Of a stretch of DNA of 64,000 nt, positions 10,103-20,042 are shown piece after piece. The notes beneath the pieces are model-generated. The model was not told where the DNA came from and made no database searches. It worked only from the letters and a program-made list of their open reading frames with translations. Positions within the stretch are counted from its first letter, which is position 1, and each line of letters opens with the position of its first letter. Source of the stretch: Patescibacteria group bacterium (GTDB taxonomy: Bacteria > Patescibacteriota > Patescibacteriia > Patescibacteriales > BM507); NCBI GenBank assembly GCA_027858235.1, contig JAQIDC010000072.1:9499-73498 (forward strand), in the 5' to 3' direction. A program made the position numbers and the translations under genes.

Positions 10103-10721
10103 AATATCTTGAAGTTATTGTCGTCTGCAAAGTTGTTTTTTGTTTATGAATTTCTCTTCCCTTGCTTGTTTCAACATCCACCTTTAATGTCACTGAGGGT
10201 TGCCTTGAATGAAAAGCACCAATCTCATCATCCCAGACATTGAAATATAAATTCTCCAAACTTATCTCATTGGGAGTCACGAACATCTCTTCATCATCCA
10301 ATCCTTTTACTCTTCTAATTGTCCAACTATCTACATCGCCATTATTTCCAATAGCATATGAAACACACTCTTCTTTTCTATTCATAAAATAGAGAACATG
10401 ATAGCCAGGAAATGTTGTAGAATCTATATTAAAAATTTTATTTGGTACAGTTGCTGGAGCAATAATATCGGCAGTCAACCCAAGGGTCGCTGCACAAGAG
10501 TCTTCACTTTTCACTGCTGTTCTTATTTCTTTACTTACCATCTCAAAAACAAATTTCATACTTTCTTGAATATTCTGAGTCGCTATAACGCTTTTTTGAG
10601 ACTCAATCATTGACAGATAAATACTTGTTATCATTAAAAAAACGACCGCAAATATGGCAATAGCCACTATCATTTCCAGTAGAGAATACCCCCTTTCATT
10701 TTTAATAATATTTTTTATCAT
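10095..10721 (-). CDS. prepilin-type N-terminal cleavage/methylation domain protein (minor pilin)
   Basis: 'ERGYSLLEMIVAIAIFAVV' class III signal peptide motif (G|xxLxE). Confidence 0.65.
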   Translation of the reverse strand: MIKNIIKNERGYSLLEMIVAIAIFAVVFLMITSIYLSMIESQKSVIATQNIQESMKFVFEMVSKEIRTAVKSEDSCAATLGLTADIIAPATVPNKIFNIDSTTFPGYHVLYFMNRKEECVSYAIGNNGDVDSWTIRRVKGLDDEEMFVTPNEISLENLYFNVWDDEIGAFHSRQPSVTLKVDVETSKGREIHKQKTTLQTTITSRYYE

Positions 10722-11282
10722 TTATCTCCAATTATATAATAATGTTTTTGCGATATAGTCATTCGATTTTCCAGAAGTCACCCAATTGACCCTAGACTCA
10801 ACCTCCCAACAATCTGAACTAGAGGGAGTGCAATCACTTACAGTTATTAATCTTCTATAAGTCGAAGGTGCCCCTCCTGCTACATGGTCATAAAAATTAC
10901 CATTATATCTCAGAATGGTGTCAGAGTCATTGATTGAGGCCACATCATTGGTCGTGATACTGTCACCATAGTAAATAGTAAAAGTTCTATCAGTCCCTCC
11001 AAAATTATCATCCCAATCAGGAAGGGATGAATTGAGCCAATTCTCATCTCTGTAACCCCGAACCAGTTCTAGGCCCTCTTGAGCAAACAAGGACGCCTTT
11101 AGATAACCAGCATTTAATGATTCCGCTCGCATAGTCATGAGCATAAGAGATGATATTCCAACTAAGCCAAAAGAGAACATAGCCAAAACAACAATAATTT
11201 CCATAAGAGAAAAACCTCTTTTGTTTGAGGGGGGGAATAAGAATATTTTTTTAGAAATATTAGTCAACATCAACAAGGCCAA
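10722..11282 (-). CDS. prepilin-type minor pilin (PilV-like)
   Basis: 'KRGFSLMEIIVVLAMFSFGL' prepilin motif. The true start may be an internal Met. Confidence 0.65.
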   Translation of the reverse strand: MALLMLTNISKKIFLFPPSNKRGFSLMEIIVVLAMFSFGLVGISSLMLMTMRAESLNAGYLKASLFAQEGLELVRGYRDENWLNSSLPDWDDNFGGTDRTFTIYYGDSITTNDVASINDSDTILRYNGNFYDHVAGGAPSTYRRLITVSDCTPSSSDCWEVESRVNWVTSGKSNDYIAKTLLYNWR

Positions 11283-11850
11283 ATTTATTTAATATAATAG
11301 ATTTTGTAGCACCCCTGGAGTGCTCCAAGGTTATTGTTACTTCAATAGCGCTATCAGTGGCTCCAAAAACAAAGCTCCCGTCTGTTGGGTGATCACTCCC
11401 TCTTAGCATAATTATTGGATCAGGAGGATAAAAAATTGCCCAGAAGTAGCTGGAGTGATCTGTCCCATCACTAATATCTGAAACATGTACATTTTTCCCA
11501 ATAACCTTATTAACAAAAACTTCATTCGTTGGTAATATATCTGATTTTCCAGAATTACTGAGATCAAAAAATAAGATAAAATTCTCTGGGTTGCCAGCAG
11601 TATCATCTGTGAGCCTTATTCCCCACCCTCCTACATCAGAAATGCTCCCAGCATATTCCTTATAGCTCAAAGCATATCCCTGAGCTTTTCTTATTTCACT
11701 AACAAGATTCTGAGTGGCGATATTAAGCTCTTCAGATGATCCTCCTTGGCGATAATTAGCGACCATTATACCAGATATAAGACCAATAATAGCAATAGAA
11801 ACTATAAGTTCAATTAGAGTAAAACCGTTGCTGTTTTTAAATATATTCAT
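11260..11850 (-). CDS. prepilin-type minor pilin (GspH/FimT-like)
   Basis: 'SNGFTLIELIVSIAIIGLISG' prepilin motif. Confidence 0.65.
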   Translation of the reverse strand: MNIFKNSNGFTLIELIVSIAIIGLISGIMVANYRQGGSSEELNIATQNLVSEIRKAQGYALSYKEYAGSISDVGGWGIRLTDDTAGNPENFILFFDLSNSGKSDILPTNEVFVNKVIGKNVHVSDISDGTDHSSYFWAIFYPPDPIIMLRGSDHPTDGSFVFGATDSAIEVTITLEHSRGATKSIILNKFGLVDVD

Positions 11851-11962
11851 TTAAAAAAATTATAATATTATCTATTATACCACAAAACACGCTCCCTGTA
11901 ACACAAAAAAACGCCCTAAAGAGAACGGCGTAAGGTCATGGCATGAAGAATAAAAATATACT

Positions 11963-12766
11963 TTACAACAAAGCAATATACCAACTAAGTATTTGATTAC
12001 CCCAAAAAAGAGTTATAATTGAAGCTGTCGTCAAAAATATCCCAAGAGGGACTTCCGACCCCCACTTTTTCATCCCAAAAACAACCAAGAAAATAGAAAT
12101 AACTGAACCAATAAGATAGGCCAAAAGGATGGCAAGTAAAATCATGGGCCAAGAAAACATCACACCCATCAACAAACCAAGACGAATATCCCCTCCCCCA
12201 ATCCAGCGACCCCTCGAAACAATGAACTGAGCCAAGAAAAATCCCCCACCAATAAATGCCCCAATTAGAAGATTTGTCCAAGACAAGCCAAGAAATAAAT
12301 TAATCCCAAATATTATTGCAATGGCCGGCAAGGTAACTCTATCTAGAATCAAATACCACTTTAAGTCATAGATAAAAATGATAATCATGATTGAGATAAA
12401 AAATAAATCGCGAGCGAGAGTTAAAAGATGAAAGTTAAAAGTAGAAAGAAAATAGGCTATATCGAAATTCAAAATTCGAAATTCAAAAATATTCCAAAAT
12501 GCATATAAAAACAATATCCCAGTTATAAATTCAACCGCTGGATATTGCCAACTGATTTTTTCATGACATTTTCGGCACTTGCCTCTCAAAAATATAAAAC
12601 TAAAAACTGGAATATTGTCATACCAAGCAATCTGTTTTTTGCATTTCGGGCAATAAGAGCGACCCATTATAGTTTCCCCTTCATGTAAACGATAAAGCAA
12701 TGCATTCAAAAAAGAACCGATAATAAGGCCGAGAGTTAAAATGTAGAATAGTATTAAATATGTCAT
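11963..12766 (-). CDS. pilD: prepilin peptidase (A24 family)
   Basis: Polytopic membrane protein with the N-terminal 'CPKCKKQIAWYDNIPVFSFIFLRGKCRKC' Zn-binding segment typical of PilD/GspO. Confidence 0.85.
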   Translation of the reverse strand: MTYLILFYILTLGLIIGSFLNALLYRLHEGETIMGRSYCPKCKKQIAWYDNIPVFSFIFLRGKCRKCHEKISWQYPAVEFITGILFLYAFWNIFEFRILNFDIAYFLSTFNFHLLTLARDLFFISIMIIIFIYDLKWYLILDRVTLPAIAIIFGINLFLGLSWTNLLIGAFIGGGFFLAQFIVSRGRWIGGGDIRLGLLMGVMFSWPMILLAILLAYLIGSVISIFLVVFGMKKWGSEVPLGIFLTTASIITLFWGNQILSWYIALL

Positions 12767-13651
12767 TTATTTATATTTACCCATTTTACCAAGCAAAAAA
12801 TCTCTCACTCCCAATATCATACCATATACCATTTTATTTTTCCCTTGAATCGTCCACTGAATAATTCTAATCGGGACAACTATAAATAATAGAAAAAAAC
12901 CGCCTATATAATTATTAATTCTCTTAAAAGCAAAATATAATCTATTTCTAGTTCCATAATATCCGTTTGAAAAAGAAAATTCCCCATCTCTTGAAAAACT
13001 TACTTTGTGCCAAATCATTGAATCAAGAGCTACTTTTATCTTCCAGCCAGCTTTTTTTGCTAAAATAGAGAAATCTAAATCTTCAACCGTCAAAAAATAT
13101 GGCTCAAATAAGTAACCGATGTCTTCAAGGACTTCTTTTCTTATTAGCATTGAACAGCCAGTTATAAAGTCTGCTTCCTCTTCCCCAATTAAAACTTTAT
13201 TTTCATCTCTCATCCATAGCTTATGTTGCCCAGAAACTCTCCACCAAATATATCTCCCCCCAGCAAACCAAATCTTTTTTGGTTCGTCATAGTAGTATAT
13301 TTTAGAACCAACTATCCCGACTTTATCATCTTCTAGAGCCTCAACCATTTTGGTTATAAAATCAGGGTCTACTACTGTATCGTTATTCAACAAGAGAGCT
13401 GCTTCTGCTCCATTATCAAATGCATATTTTATTCCCTGATTGCAAGCTGCAGAAAAACCTAAATTTTCACTATTCTTGACTAAAATAACTTCTGGATAAT
13501 TATTACTTATTAAATCGAGAGAACCATCCAAGGAACCATTGTCAACAATAATTGTATCAAAATTGTCAAAATTAACTTTTCTTAGTGAATCAAGACAATC
13601 TCCTAAAAAATTTTTTCCATTCCAATTAGGAATTATTACTGATATTTTCAT
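12767..13651 (-). CDS. glycosyltransferase family 2
   Basis: 'ISVIIPNWNGKNFL...IVDNGSLDGS' GT-A fold N-terminus with a DxD-type region. Confidence 0.8.
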   Translation of the reverse strand: MKISVIIPNWNGKNFLGDCLDSLRKVNFDNFDTIIVDNGSLDGSLDLISNNYPEVILVKNSENLGFSAACNQGIKYAFDNGAEAALLLNNDTVVDPDFITKMVEALEDDKVGIVGSKIYYYDEPKKIWFAGGRYIWWRVSGQHKLWMRDENKVLIGEEEADFITGCSMLIRKEVLEDIGYLFEPYFLTVEDLDFSILAKKAGWKIKVALDSMIWHKVSFSRDGEFSFSNGYYGTRNRLYFAFKRINNYIGGFFLLFIVVPIRIIQWTIQGKNKMVYGMILGVRDFLLGKMGKYK

Positions 13652-14535
13652 TTTTTTATTATGTTATTTATAAATATTCTGTACCTTTTAAGATTAAACG
13701 GATATAAGTAAATTGAATAAAAAAATAGCTCAAAAAATAAAATAATTTTCTTTAGCCTTATAGCTGGACTTAACCCATCTAACAGTTTTACGGACATCTC
13801 TTTTCTCGTTAAATTGCAAAATCCACTTTTTTTTCTCCTCCTGTAAGCATTCCTTTCAGCTAAAACTCCAGAAAGTCTCCCTAGGTTTTTCAAATTAACA
13901 TCAGGAGTTTTTGAGATACCATTTTGATGAATTCTATAATAATATAAGGGAATTTTTATATATTTTAACCTACCTTTTTCTTCTAGTTTATATATAATAT
14001 CTTTATCGACAGCTGATTTAAGCTCAGGATTATAACCTTCTGTTTTTTTATATAATACTTTCTTAAAAGTTCTTAGCTGGCAAACTTTGAAAGTATGTAA
14101 GTTTGTTTTCCCACTCTCAAGCTCACCGACCCATGGTAGAACCCTTTTAACAGCTAAATTTTCATCGCATTCATAAGTATCGCTATATACAAAATCAACC
14201 TCCGGGTTCTCTCTGTATTCTCTTTCCATGGTAAGTAATGCGTTCTTATCTAAAACATCATCAATATCCAAAACTGCAAAGATATCCCCGGTAGCCATTT
14301 CAGCACATTTTCTTTTTGTTGCCCCGACTCCAAGATTTTTTTTATTTTGAAAAAACTTTATTCTTTTATCTCCTAAATATTCTCTAATTATTACAGCAGA
14401 CCTATCGTTTGAAGCATCATCAACAATCAATAACTCCCAATTCTGATAACTTTGTGCCAAGACACTTTCTATAGCATCTCGCGCAAAATTGGCATTATTA
14501 TAGCTTGCCATTATAATAGAAAATTTTATATCCAT
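13648..14535 (-). CDS. glycosyltransferase family 2
   Basis: 'FSIIMASYNNANFARDAIESVLAQSY...LLIVDDASNDRS'. Confidence 0.8.
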   Translation of the reverse strand: MDIKFSIIMASYNNANFARDAIESVLAQSYQNWELLIVDDASNDRSAVIIREYLGDKRIKFFQNKKNLGVGATKRKCAEMATGDIFAVLDIDDVLDKNALLTMEREYRENPEVDFVYSDTYECDENLAVKRVLPWVGELESGKTNLHTFKVCQLRTFKKVLYKKTEGYNPELKSAVDKDIIYKLEEKGRLKYIKIPLYYYRIHQNGISKTPDVNLKNLGRLSGVLAERNAYRRRKKSGFCNLTRKEMSVKLLDGLSPAIRLKKIILFFELFFYSIYLYPFNLKRYRIFINNIIKK

Positions 14536-15434
14536 ATCTTTTTAAATATTTTTGCAAATGGGAATTTAACAATCCTAAACAAAAAAATTAACCATGCTTT
14601 AAAATTGTATGGATAAATTTTAAATATTTCTGTTAAATAATATTTAAATTTTCCCCAATTTCTCTTCTTCAAATAATATGGAAGAATATCAATCAAAATA
14701 CTTGTTATCTCTTTTTTTGATAAATTATTTTTTTTTCTTCTTTTAAAAGAGTTGAGTTTATTTCTTAAGTTATATAATTTTGCTTCTACTGCATTTTTTT
14801 TCTGAGATATACCTCCGGTATGTATTCTGTATTTATACAAGGGTTTATTGATAAAATAAAAGCCTGTCACTTCTTCTAATTTATATATAATATCCCTATC
14901 GACTGATTTTTTTTGCTTAATATCAAATCCAGCAGTTTTATAGTAGGCGTCTTTTTTAAAAGATTTTATATGTCCTACTTTAATCTCATGCAAATTTGTG
15001 CTGCCATCTTTAATCTCACCAATCCAGGGATTAATTTCTACAATATTTAAATGCTCATCACAGTTATAACAAGTAGAATAAACAAACCCAATATTTTTGT
15101 TTTTTTTATAGGCTTTATCCAGTTCTTCCAGGGAAGAATTAATTAGTGCATCATCAGAATCAAGAATAACGACAACATCACCGCTAGAGAGCTCCACCCC
15201 TCTTTTTAGAGAGGCGGCATAACCAACGTTGGAAGTATTTTTAAAAAATGTTATTCTATCATCATTTAAATATTTTTCAATAACAGAAAAAGAATCGTCA
15301 AAAGAGCAGTCATCAATTATAACTAGTTCCCAGTGCACGAAGGTCTGTTCAAGAACTGACTCTATGGCCTCTGAAATAAAAGCAGCATTATTGTAATTTG
15401 CTAAAATAATTGAAAATTTTAATTCCTTAGCCAT
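14526..15434 (-). CDS. glycosyltransferase family 2 (paralog of 13648..14535)
   Basis: 'FSIILANYNNAAFISEAIESVLEQTF...LVIIDDCSFDDS'. Clearly paralogous to the previous gene. Confidence 0.8.
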   Translation of the reverse strand: MAKELKFSIILANYNNAAFISEAIESVLEQTFVHWELVIIDDCSFDDSFSVIEKYLNDDRITFFKNTSNVGYAASLKRGVELSSGDVVVILDSDDALINSSLEELDKAYKKNKNIGFVYSTCYNCDEHLNIVEINPWIGEIKDGSTNLHEIKVGHIKSFKKDAYYKTAGFDIKQKKSVDRDIIYKLEEVTGFYFINKPLYKYRIHTGGISQKKNAVEAKLYNLRNKLNSFKRRKKNNLSKKEITSILIDILPYYLKKRNWGKFKYYLTEIFKIYPYNFKAWLIFLFRIVKFPFAKIFKKIWI

Positions 15435-16045
15435 CCTTTTAATTTTTTAATAAATATATCTCTCTTAAATGCTTGTAATAAAAATTCATCTTTTTTATTA
15501 TTCCCTACTACTTTGATATTATTTTTTTTAAATTTTTTTATATAAGTCCTGTGTTCTTCAATGGTCATATTAATCCTATTAAAATGCCATTCACAATAAA
15601 TTTTGTTAATTAATTTAATTGCTCCAGACTCTATCATGTCTTCAAGTATTTCATACTCTTTCCCCTCAATATCTATTTTCAATACAAGATAATCCTTCTT
15701 CTCAAAATTTTTTAATAAAAAATCTGAAAAATTTATTGTGTTAACCAGCTCAAATTTTTCAATATCACAATTTATTTTTTCCTTAAGTAAGGAGTTCCCT
15801 TCTTCCCCGTATGTGTCGCCATAATAAAGCTTTACTCCCTCTTGATTTTTTATATCTACAGCTGAATTGTATAATAAAAATCTTTGATCTCTTCCAAATT
15901 TTTCTTTAAGAATTAAAAAATTATTTTTTGTTGGTTCAAACAAATAAAATTTTTCAAAATCATTATATATCTCAAGCGCTTTTTCAGCGCTATCTCCGTT
16001 ATATGCACCTAGGTCTATAAATATCTTTCTTCTATTTTTTTTCAT
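15419..16045 (-). CDS. FkbM-family methyltransferase
   Basis: 'IFIDLGAYNGDSA' SAM-binding start and a size typical of FkbM-type enzymes. Sits in the glycan cluster. Confidence 0.65.
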   Translation of the reverse strand: MKKNRRKIFIDLGAYNGDSAEKALEIYNDFEKFYLFEPTKNNFLILKEKFGRDQRFLLYNSAVDIKNQEGVKLYYGDTYGEEGNSLLKEKINCDIEKFELVNTINFSDFLLKNFEKKDYLVLKIDIEGKEYEILEDMIESGAIKLINKIYCEWHFNRINMTIEEHRTYIKKFKKNNIKVVGNNKKDEFLLQAFKRDIFIKKLKGWLRN

Positions 16046-16610
16046 CTTCTCTATTTTTTATAAATTTAGCTGGAACACCAGCGTAAACAGAATTTTTTTT
16101 AACATTTTTATTGACTACTGCCCCAGCGCCAATGATTGCTCCACTCCCTATTTTAACTCCGTCCAAAATCTTGACATTTGCCCCCAGCCAAACATTGTCT
16201 TCAATGAGAATTCCCTTTTTTGTTATCCCTTGTCTCGATATTTTTTTACTTAGATCGCCATATAAATGATTAGCTGGAATTATAATTGTCTGAACCGCTA
16301 TCCTTACAAAATCACCAATAACGACTCCGCCATGTCCATACACTACACAAAAAGGATTAACGGATGAATTCTCACCTATCTTTATATCACCTCCATAACA
16401 AAGTAAATTAACTAAATCGTGTAATTCAGAATTATCTCCGATGTTAATCATCCCACCTTTAGAGGTATCTAATTTAATACTTTTACCAAAATAAACATTT
16501 TTACCAATAATAATATTACTATTAAATAAGAATTTAAGGCTTCTTGCTTTACTTAAAATTTTATTAAAAAAACTATCATTCATGATTTTATATTTCCCAT
16601 TTATGATCAA
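16032..16610 (-). CDS. hexapeptide-repeat (LbH) O-acetyltransferase
   Basis: 'VWLGANVKILDGVKIGSGAIIGAGAVVNKNV' left-handed beta-helix repeats. Confidence 0.75.
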   Translation of the reverse strand: MIINGKYKIMNDSFFNKILSKARSLKFLFNSNIIIGKNVYFGKSIKLDTSKGGMINIGDNSELHDLVNLLCYGGDIKIGENSSVNPFCVVYGHGGVVIGDFVRIAVQTIIIPANHLYGDLSKKISRQGITKKGILIEDNVWLGANVKILDGVKIGSGAIIGAGAVVNKNVKKNSVYAGVPAKFIKNREDEKK

Positions 16611-17820
16611 CTAAAACACCCTTGTTTTTATATCCGCTAGGAAACTGGCATTCTCCAGAGTAAAAATTACCACTTTTAACATCAAAAACAATGGCATATT
16701 TTACCCAATCTTCAACTTCTTTATTTACTTCGAAAAACAAATCAATGACATATTCTCCTTCAGGTAGTGGCAGCCTCTCTATTTTGCAAACTAATTTTCC
16801 TTTTGGTTCTATGGATTTACCCTTTATCTCACTATGAACCTCCGTTAAACAAGCAAACAAATAATCGCCATTCTGGTTGTTAAATTTAATGCCGACTCTA
16901 TAATTATTTAAAGTATTTTTTAAGTTTGAATTATAATTAATTTCAATTTCTAATTCTTCCCCTGTAACGACTTGATTACCTTTGTTTAATTTTATCCCAG
17001 CAAAAAATATATTATTTTTTCCTTTTCTATCACTTCTTTCAAGGAGGCCTATTTTAGATATTGATTTATTGTTTTTTAAATATCTTTCTACTGTCTCATT
17101 AGTATCCCCAATATAGGAAACCTCCCCATTTGAAAGCAAAAGACTTTTATTACAAAGTTTTTTTATTGAAGACATGTCATGACTTACAAAAATAACAGTC
17201 TTACCATTTCCTTTTGTTATTTTATCAATTTTATTTAAAGACTTTTTTTGAAAATCTACATCACCCACCGCTAAAACTTCGTCAATTAACAAAACGTCTG
17301 AATCAAGGTGTGCTGCTATAGAGAAAGCCAATCTAACAGACATCCCTGAGGAGTAGTATTTAATTGGAGTATCTAAAAATTTCTCAATTCCAGAAAAGTC
17401 AACGATTTCATCTAATTTTTTATAAACGTCTTTCTTGGTCATTCCCAATAAAATAGCATTTATAAAAATATTTTCTCTCCCGGTTAGCTCGGGATGGAAC
17501 CCAGTGCCAACCTCTAGCATAGAGGAAATTCTCCCCTTTATTGAAATATTACCAGATGTTGGCATAGTGATTCTTGATAAAATTTTTAAAAGAGTCGATT
17601 TTCCAGCTCCGTTTGGCCCAATTACACCAAGAACCTCGCCGGCGTTAACATGAAAATTTATATTATTAAGTGCGATGAAGTTTTTTTTTCTTTTTTCGCT
17701 TAAAAAATCTTTCGGGGAAAGAACCATTTTTGAAAATTTATCACGCAAAGACAAGTAACTAGATTCCGCTAAAACCTGATAGTATATTTTTGATAAATTA
17801 TTTACATCTATAACTTTCAT
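16588..17820 (-). CDS. polysaccharide/teichoic-acid-type ABC exporter ATPase (Wzt/TagH-like) with C-terminal extension
   Basis: Walker A 'GPNGAGKST', signature 'YSSGMSVRLAF', Walker B 'LLIDEVLAVGD'. An additional ~150 aa of C-terminal domain follows, as in Wzt. Confidence 0.85.
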   Translation of the reverse strand: MKVIDVNNLSKIYYQVLAESSYLSLRDKFSKMVLSPKDFLSEKRKKNFIALNNINFHVNAGEVLGVIGPNGAGKSTLLKILSRITMPTSGNISIKGRISSMLEVGTGFHPELTGRENIFINAILLGMTKKDVYKKLDEIVDFSGIEKFLDTPIKYYSSGMSVRLAFSIAAHLDSDVLLIDEVLAVGDVDFQKKSLNKIDKITKGNGKTVIFVSHDMSSIKKLCNKSLLLSNGEVSYIGDTNETVERYLKNNKSISKIGLLERSDRKGKNNIFFAGIKLNKGNQVVTGEELEIEINYNSNLKNTLNNYRVGIKFNNQNGDYLFACLTEVHSEIKGKSIEPKGKLVCKIERLPLPEGEYVIDLFFEVNKEVEDWVKYAIVFDVKSGNFYSGECQFPSGYKNKGVLVDHKWEI

Positions 17821-17879
17821 AAAATAAACAACATCTTATATAAATAATTAAATAAGATGTTGAAGGTCAATTAAAATTA

Positions 17880-18410
17880 CTATTTTAATATTATTTCTTT
17901 TGCAATAAATTCTTTTTTTTCTTTTACGTCTTCGCTAGAGAAAACATCTATTCTACTTCCAACCTTTAAATTGTTTAAGTTTATTTTATCTTTGATGAAT
18001 GCCAGAGGTGGTACGATAGATGATTCGGGTGAAAAATTCTCAGCTTTTATTTTCTCAAGATATTCATTCATTTCCATATTATATTCATCCTCTGCTTTAG
18101 AAACTATTTTATATATCGTAGAATTATTAGAAATAAGAACATTTCTTTCATTTAGCGTAGGTGACGAAAAAGGAGAAACTGGATTAAATTTTACTAAAAG
18201 ATGATCAGCAAAAACTTCCAGAACCGTTCCACTCAAAGAAGTAACGGGCGCGTTATTTAATGTGTCTGAAAAATAGCCATTTTCCTCAACTGTTTTTTTT
18301 AAATCAAGCAGGCAATTTGTTTTTTGCTTTTTTTCTCCTAAAAATAACCCTAACAAAAAAGAAGAAACAAGGAATAGAATAAACACTAAAATTATTATAT
18401 TTTTTTTCAT
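17880..18410 (-). CDS. hypothetical secreted/membrane-anchored protein
   Basis: N-terminal hydrophobic helix. No recognisable motif. Confidence 0.45.
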   Translation of the reverse strand: MKKNIIILVFILFLVSSFLLGLFLGEKKQKTNCLLDLKKTVEENGYFSDTLNNAPVTSLSGTVLEVFADHLLVKFNPVSPFSSPTLNERNVLISNNSTIYKIVSKAEDEYNMEMNEYLEKIKAENFSPESSIVPPLAFIKDKINLNNLKVGSRIDVFSSEDVKEKKEFIAKEIILK

Positions 18411-18428
18411 AAATTTATAATATAGATT

Positions 18429-19097
18429 TTAATAACCAACTCCGCACCATCTAATGTTCCATTGCCATGTATTAGCATCCGTAGGAGACCATGCTCCGTC
18501 AGTATACATAACATAAAGTCTAAAAGTTGAAGAACCAGGATTAAAGATACTGTTTGATCCAGTTGTTCTATGGTGATAACCGCTTCCATTTAAACTGACA
18601 AAATAATTTGGTGTCGTCGTAAAACCAGCTAAAGATGTATCTACATCAACATAAACTGCGTCAATTGTATGAACTTGCCAATTTGTTAAACCTGGAACCG
18701 TTCCTCCACAAACTACTTTCAATGGGTTCCCTGATGTGTCAACTAACGTTGGAGAAGGAATTGCTGAGATTGCGGTTGCGATAGAAGTATTCATAGATCC
18801 TCTACTTACTGCGTCAGAATCGACCGCTGGATTGTTTAGATTAGTTATTCTATTGTTCCCCATGTCTATATTTCCACCCATAGTATCACCACTCTTTGCT
18901 ACAAAATCAGCGTCCAATCTATTCCAGTCAACCACGCCCAAGGAATCTCCTGTTAATTTGTTGTAATCTGATGGATTTAGGGCCTTAGCAATATTAATAA
19001 ATGAAATTGGACTAAAAATGAGAATACTCACAGAGAAAGAAAAAAAGATTATTAGAGAAAAGACTAAAAAATGATTTTTATTGCTATTTTTTATCAT
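18429..19097 (-). CDS. membrane-anchored protein with phage-tail-fibre-like N-terminal motif
   Basis: TM anchor, then 'KSGDTMGGNIDMGNNRITNLNNPAVDSDAVSRGSMN', the motif seen at tail-fibre/collar domains (...M.G.L.M..N.I.NL..P....DAVN..). Confidence 0.5.
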   Translation of the reverse strand: MIKNSNKNHFLVFSLIIFFSFSVSILIFSPISFINIAKALNPSDYNKLTGDSLGVVDWNRLDADFVAKSGDTMGGNIDMGNNRITNLNNPAVDSDAVSRGSMNTSIATAISAIPSPTLVDTSGNPLKVVCGGTVPGLTNWQVHTIDAVYVDVDTSLAGFTTTPNYFVSLNGSGYHHRTTGSNSIFNPGSSTFRLYVMYTDGAWSPTDANTWQWNIRWCGVGY

Positions 19098-19143
19098 GTT
19101 TTTAAGTTAATTTATAACTACATTATAGCACATAATGAATACT

Positions 19144-19965
19144 CTAAACAATATCCGCAAAGAATTCTTCTGTTTTTCTAAAATAGTAATAACCAACAGC
19201 CAGCAGAATTAAACAAGCCATTGTTGAAATACCCAGGAGTGGCCAGTTTATTGGAAAATTACCCAAAAGAGCGGCCCTAGCTGCCTTTATTACTCCTGTC
19301 ATTGGATTCATTGCAAGAAACCAAGACCAAATACCTGTAATTGAGGCTGGGTAAATAACAGGGGTTAGGAATAACATGATTTGGATAAAAAATGGCAGTA
19401 TATATCTGACATCCCTATATTTTACATTGAGCGCTGCTAAAAAAAGTCCGAGACCCAGTGCTGCAATAAAAGTAATTAACAATAACAGGGGAAGTATCAA
19501 AAAACCGCTTAAATGAGGCAAGTAACCATAATATATCATTAAAAAAATCAAAATTACAGATGCTATTAAAAAATCTATAAATTTTGTTATGGTTGCTGAA
19601 ATCGGCAAAATTATTCTCGGAAAATAAACCTTAGTAATAATGTCTTTATTGTTTATCAAGCTATTACTGATTTCTGTTACTGACCCAGAGAAAAATTGCC
19701 ACAAAAGAAGTCCTACATAAACAAAAATAGGATAAGGGATATCATCGGATGGCATTTGAGCAAATTTGCCAAAAAAAATCGAAAAAATAATCATGGTCAT
19801 AAGTGGCTGGAATATAGCCCAGGCTACTCCAATTACTGTTTGCTTGTAGCGAACCTTTAAATCACGCCAGGTGAAGAAATACAAAAGTTCTCTATACTCC
19901 CAGATTTCTTTTAGGTCAGAAAAATCGAATGCCGTTCTTGGTTTTATTATTGTTATTTTTTCCAT
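19144..19965 (-). CDS. ABC-2 type exporter permease (Wzm/TagG-like)
   Basis: Six predicted TM helices. 'FTWRDLKVRYKQTVIGVAWAIFQPL' is the ABC-2 N-terminal signature. Confidence 0.8.
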   Translation of the reverse strand: MEKITIIKPRTAFDFSDLKEIWEYRELLYFFTWRDLKVRYKQTVIGVAWAIFQPLMTMIIFSIFFGKFAQMPSDDIPYPIFVYVGLLLWQFFSGSVTEISNSLINNKDIITKVYFPRIILPISATITKFIDFLIASVILIFLMIYYGYLPHLSGFLILPLLLLITFIAALGLGLFLAALNVKYRDVRYILPFFIQIMLFLTPVIYPASITGIWSWFLAMNPMTGVIKAARAALLGNFPINWPLLGISTMACLILLAVGYYYFRKTEEFFADIV

Positions 19966-19996
19966 GTTTTAATTTTATATTTCTAGATTCTGGATC

Positions 19997-20021
19997 CCCA
20001 GTCAAGCTGAGGATGACTGGG
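19997..20021 (-). other. GC-rich hairpin 3' of the ligase-TPR gene (possible terminator, no U-tract)
   Basis: CCCAGTCA-agctgagga-TGACTGGG, a perfect 8-bp stem. Confidence 0.35.
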
Positions 20022-20042
20022 TTGTTCTTGTTTTTATTATTG

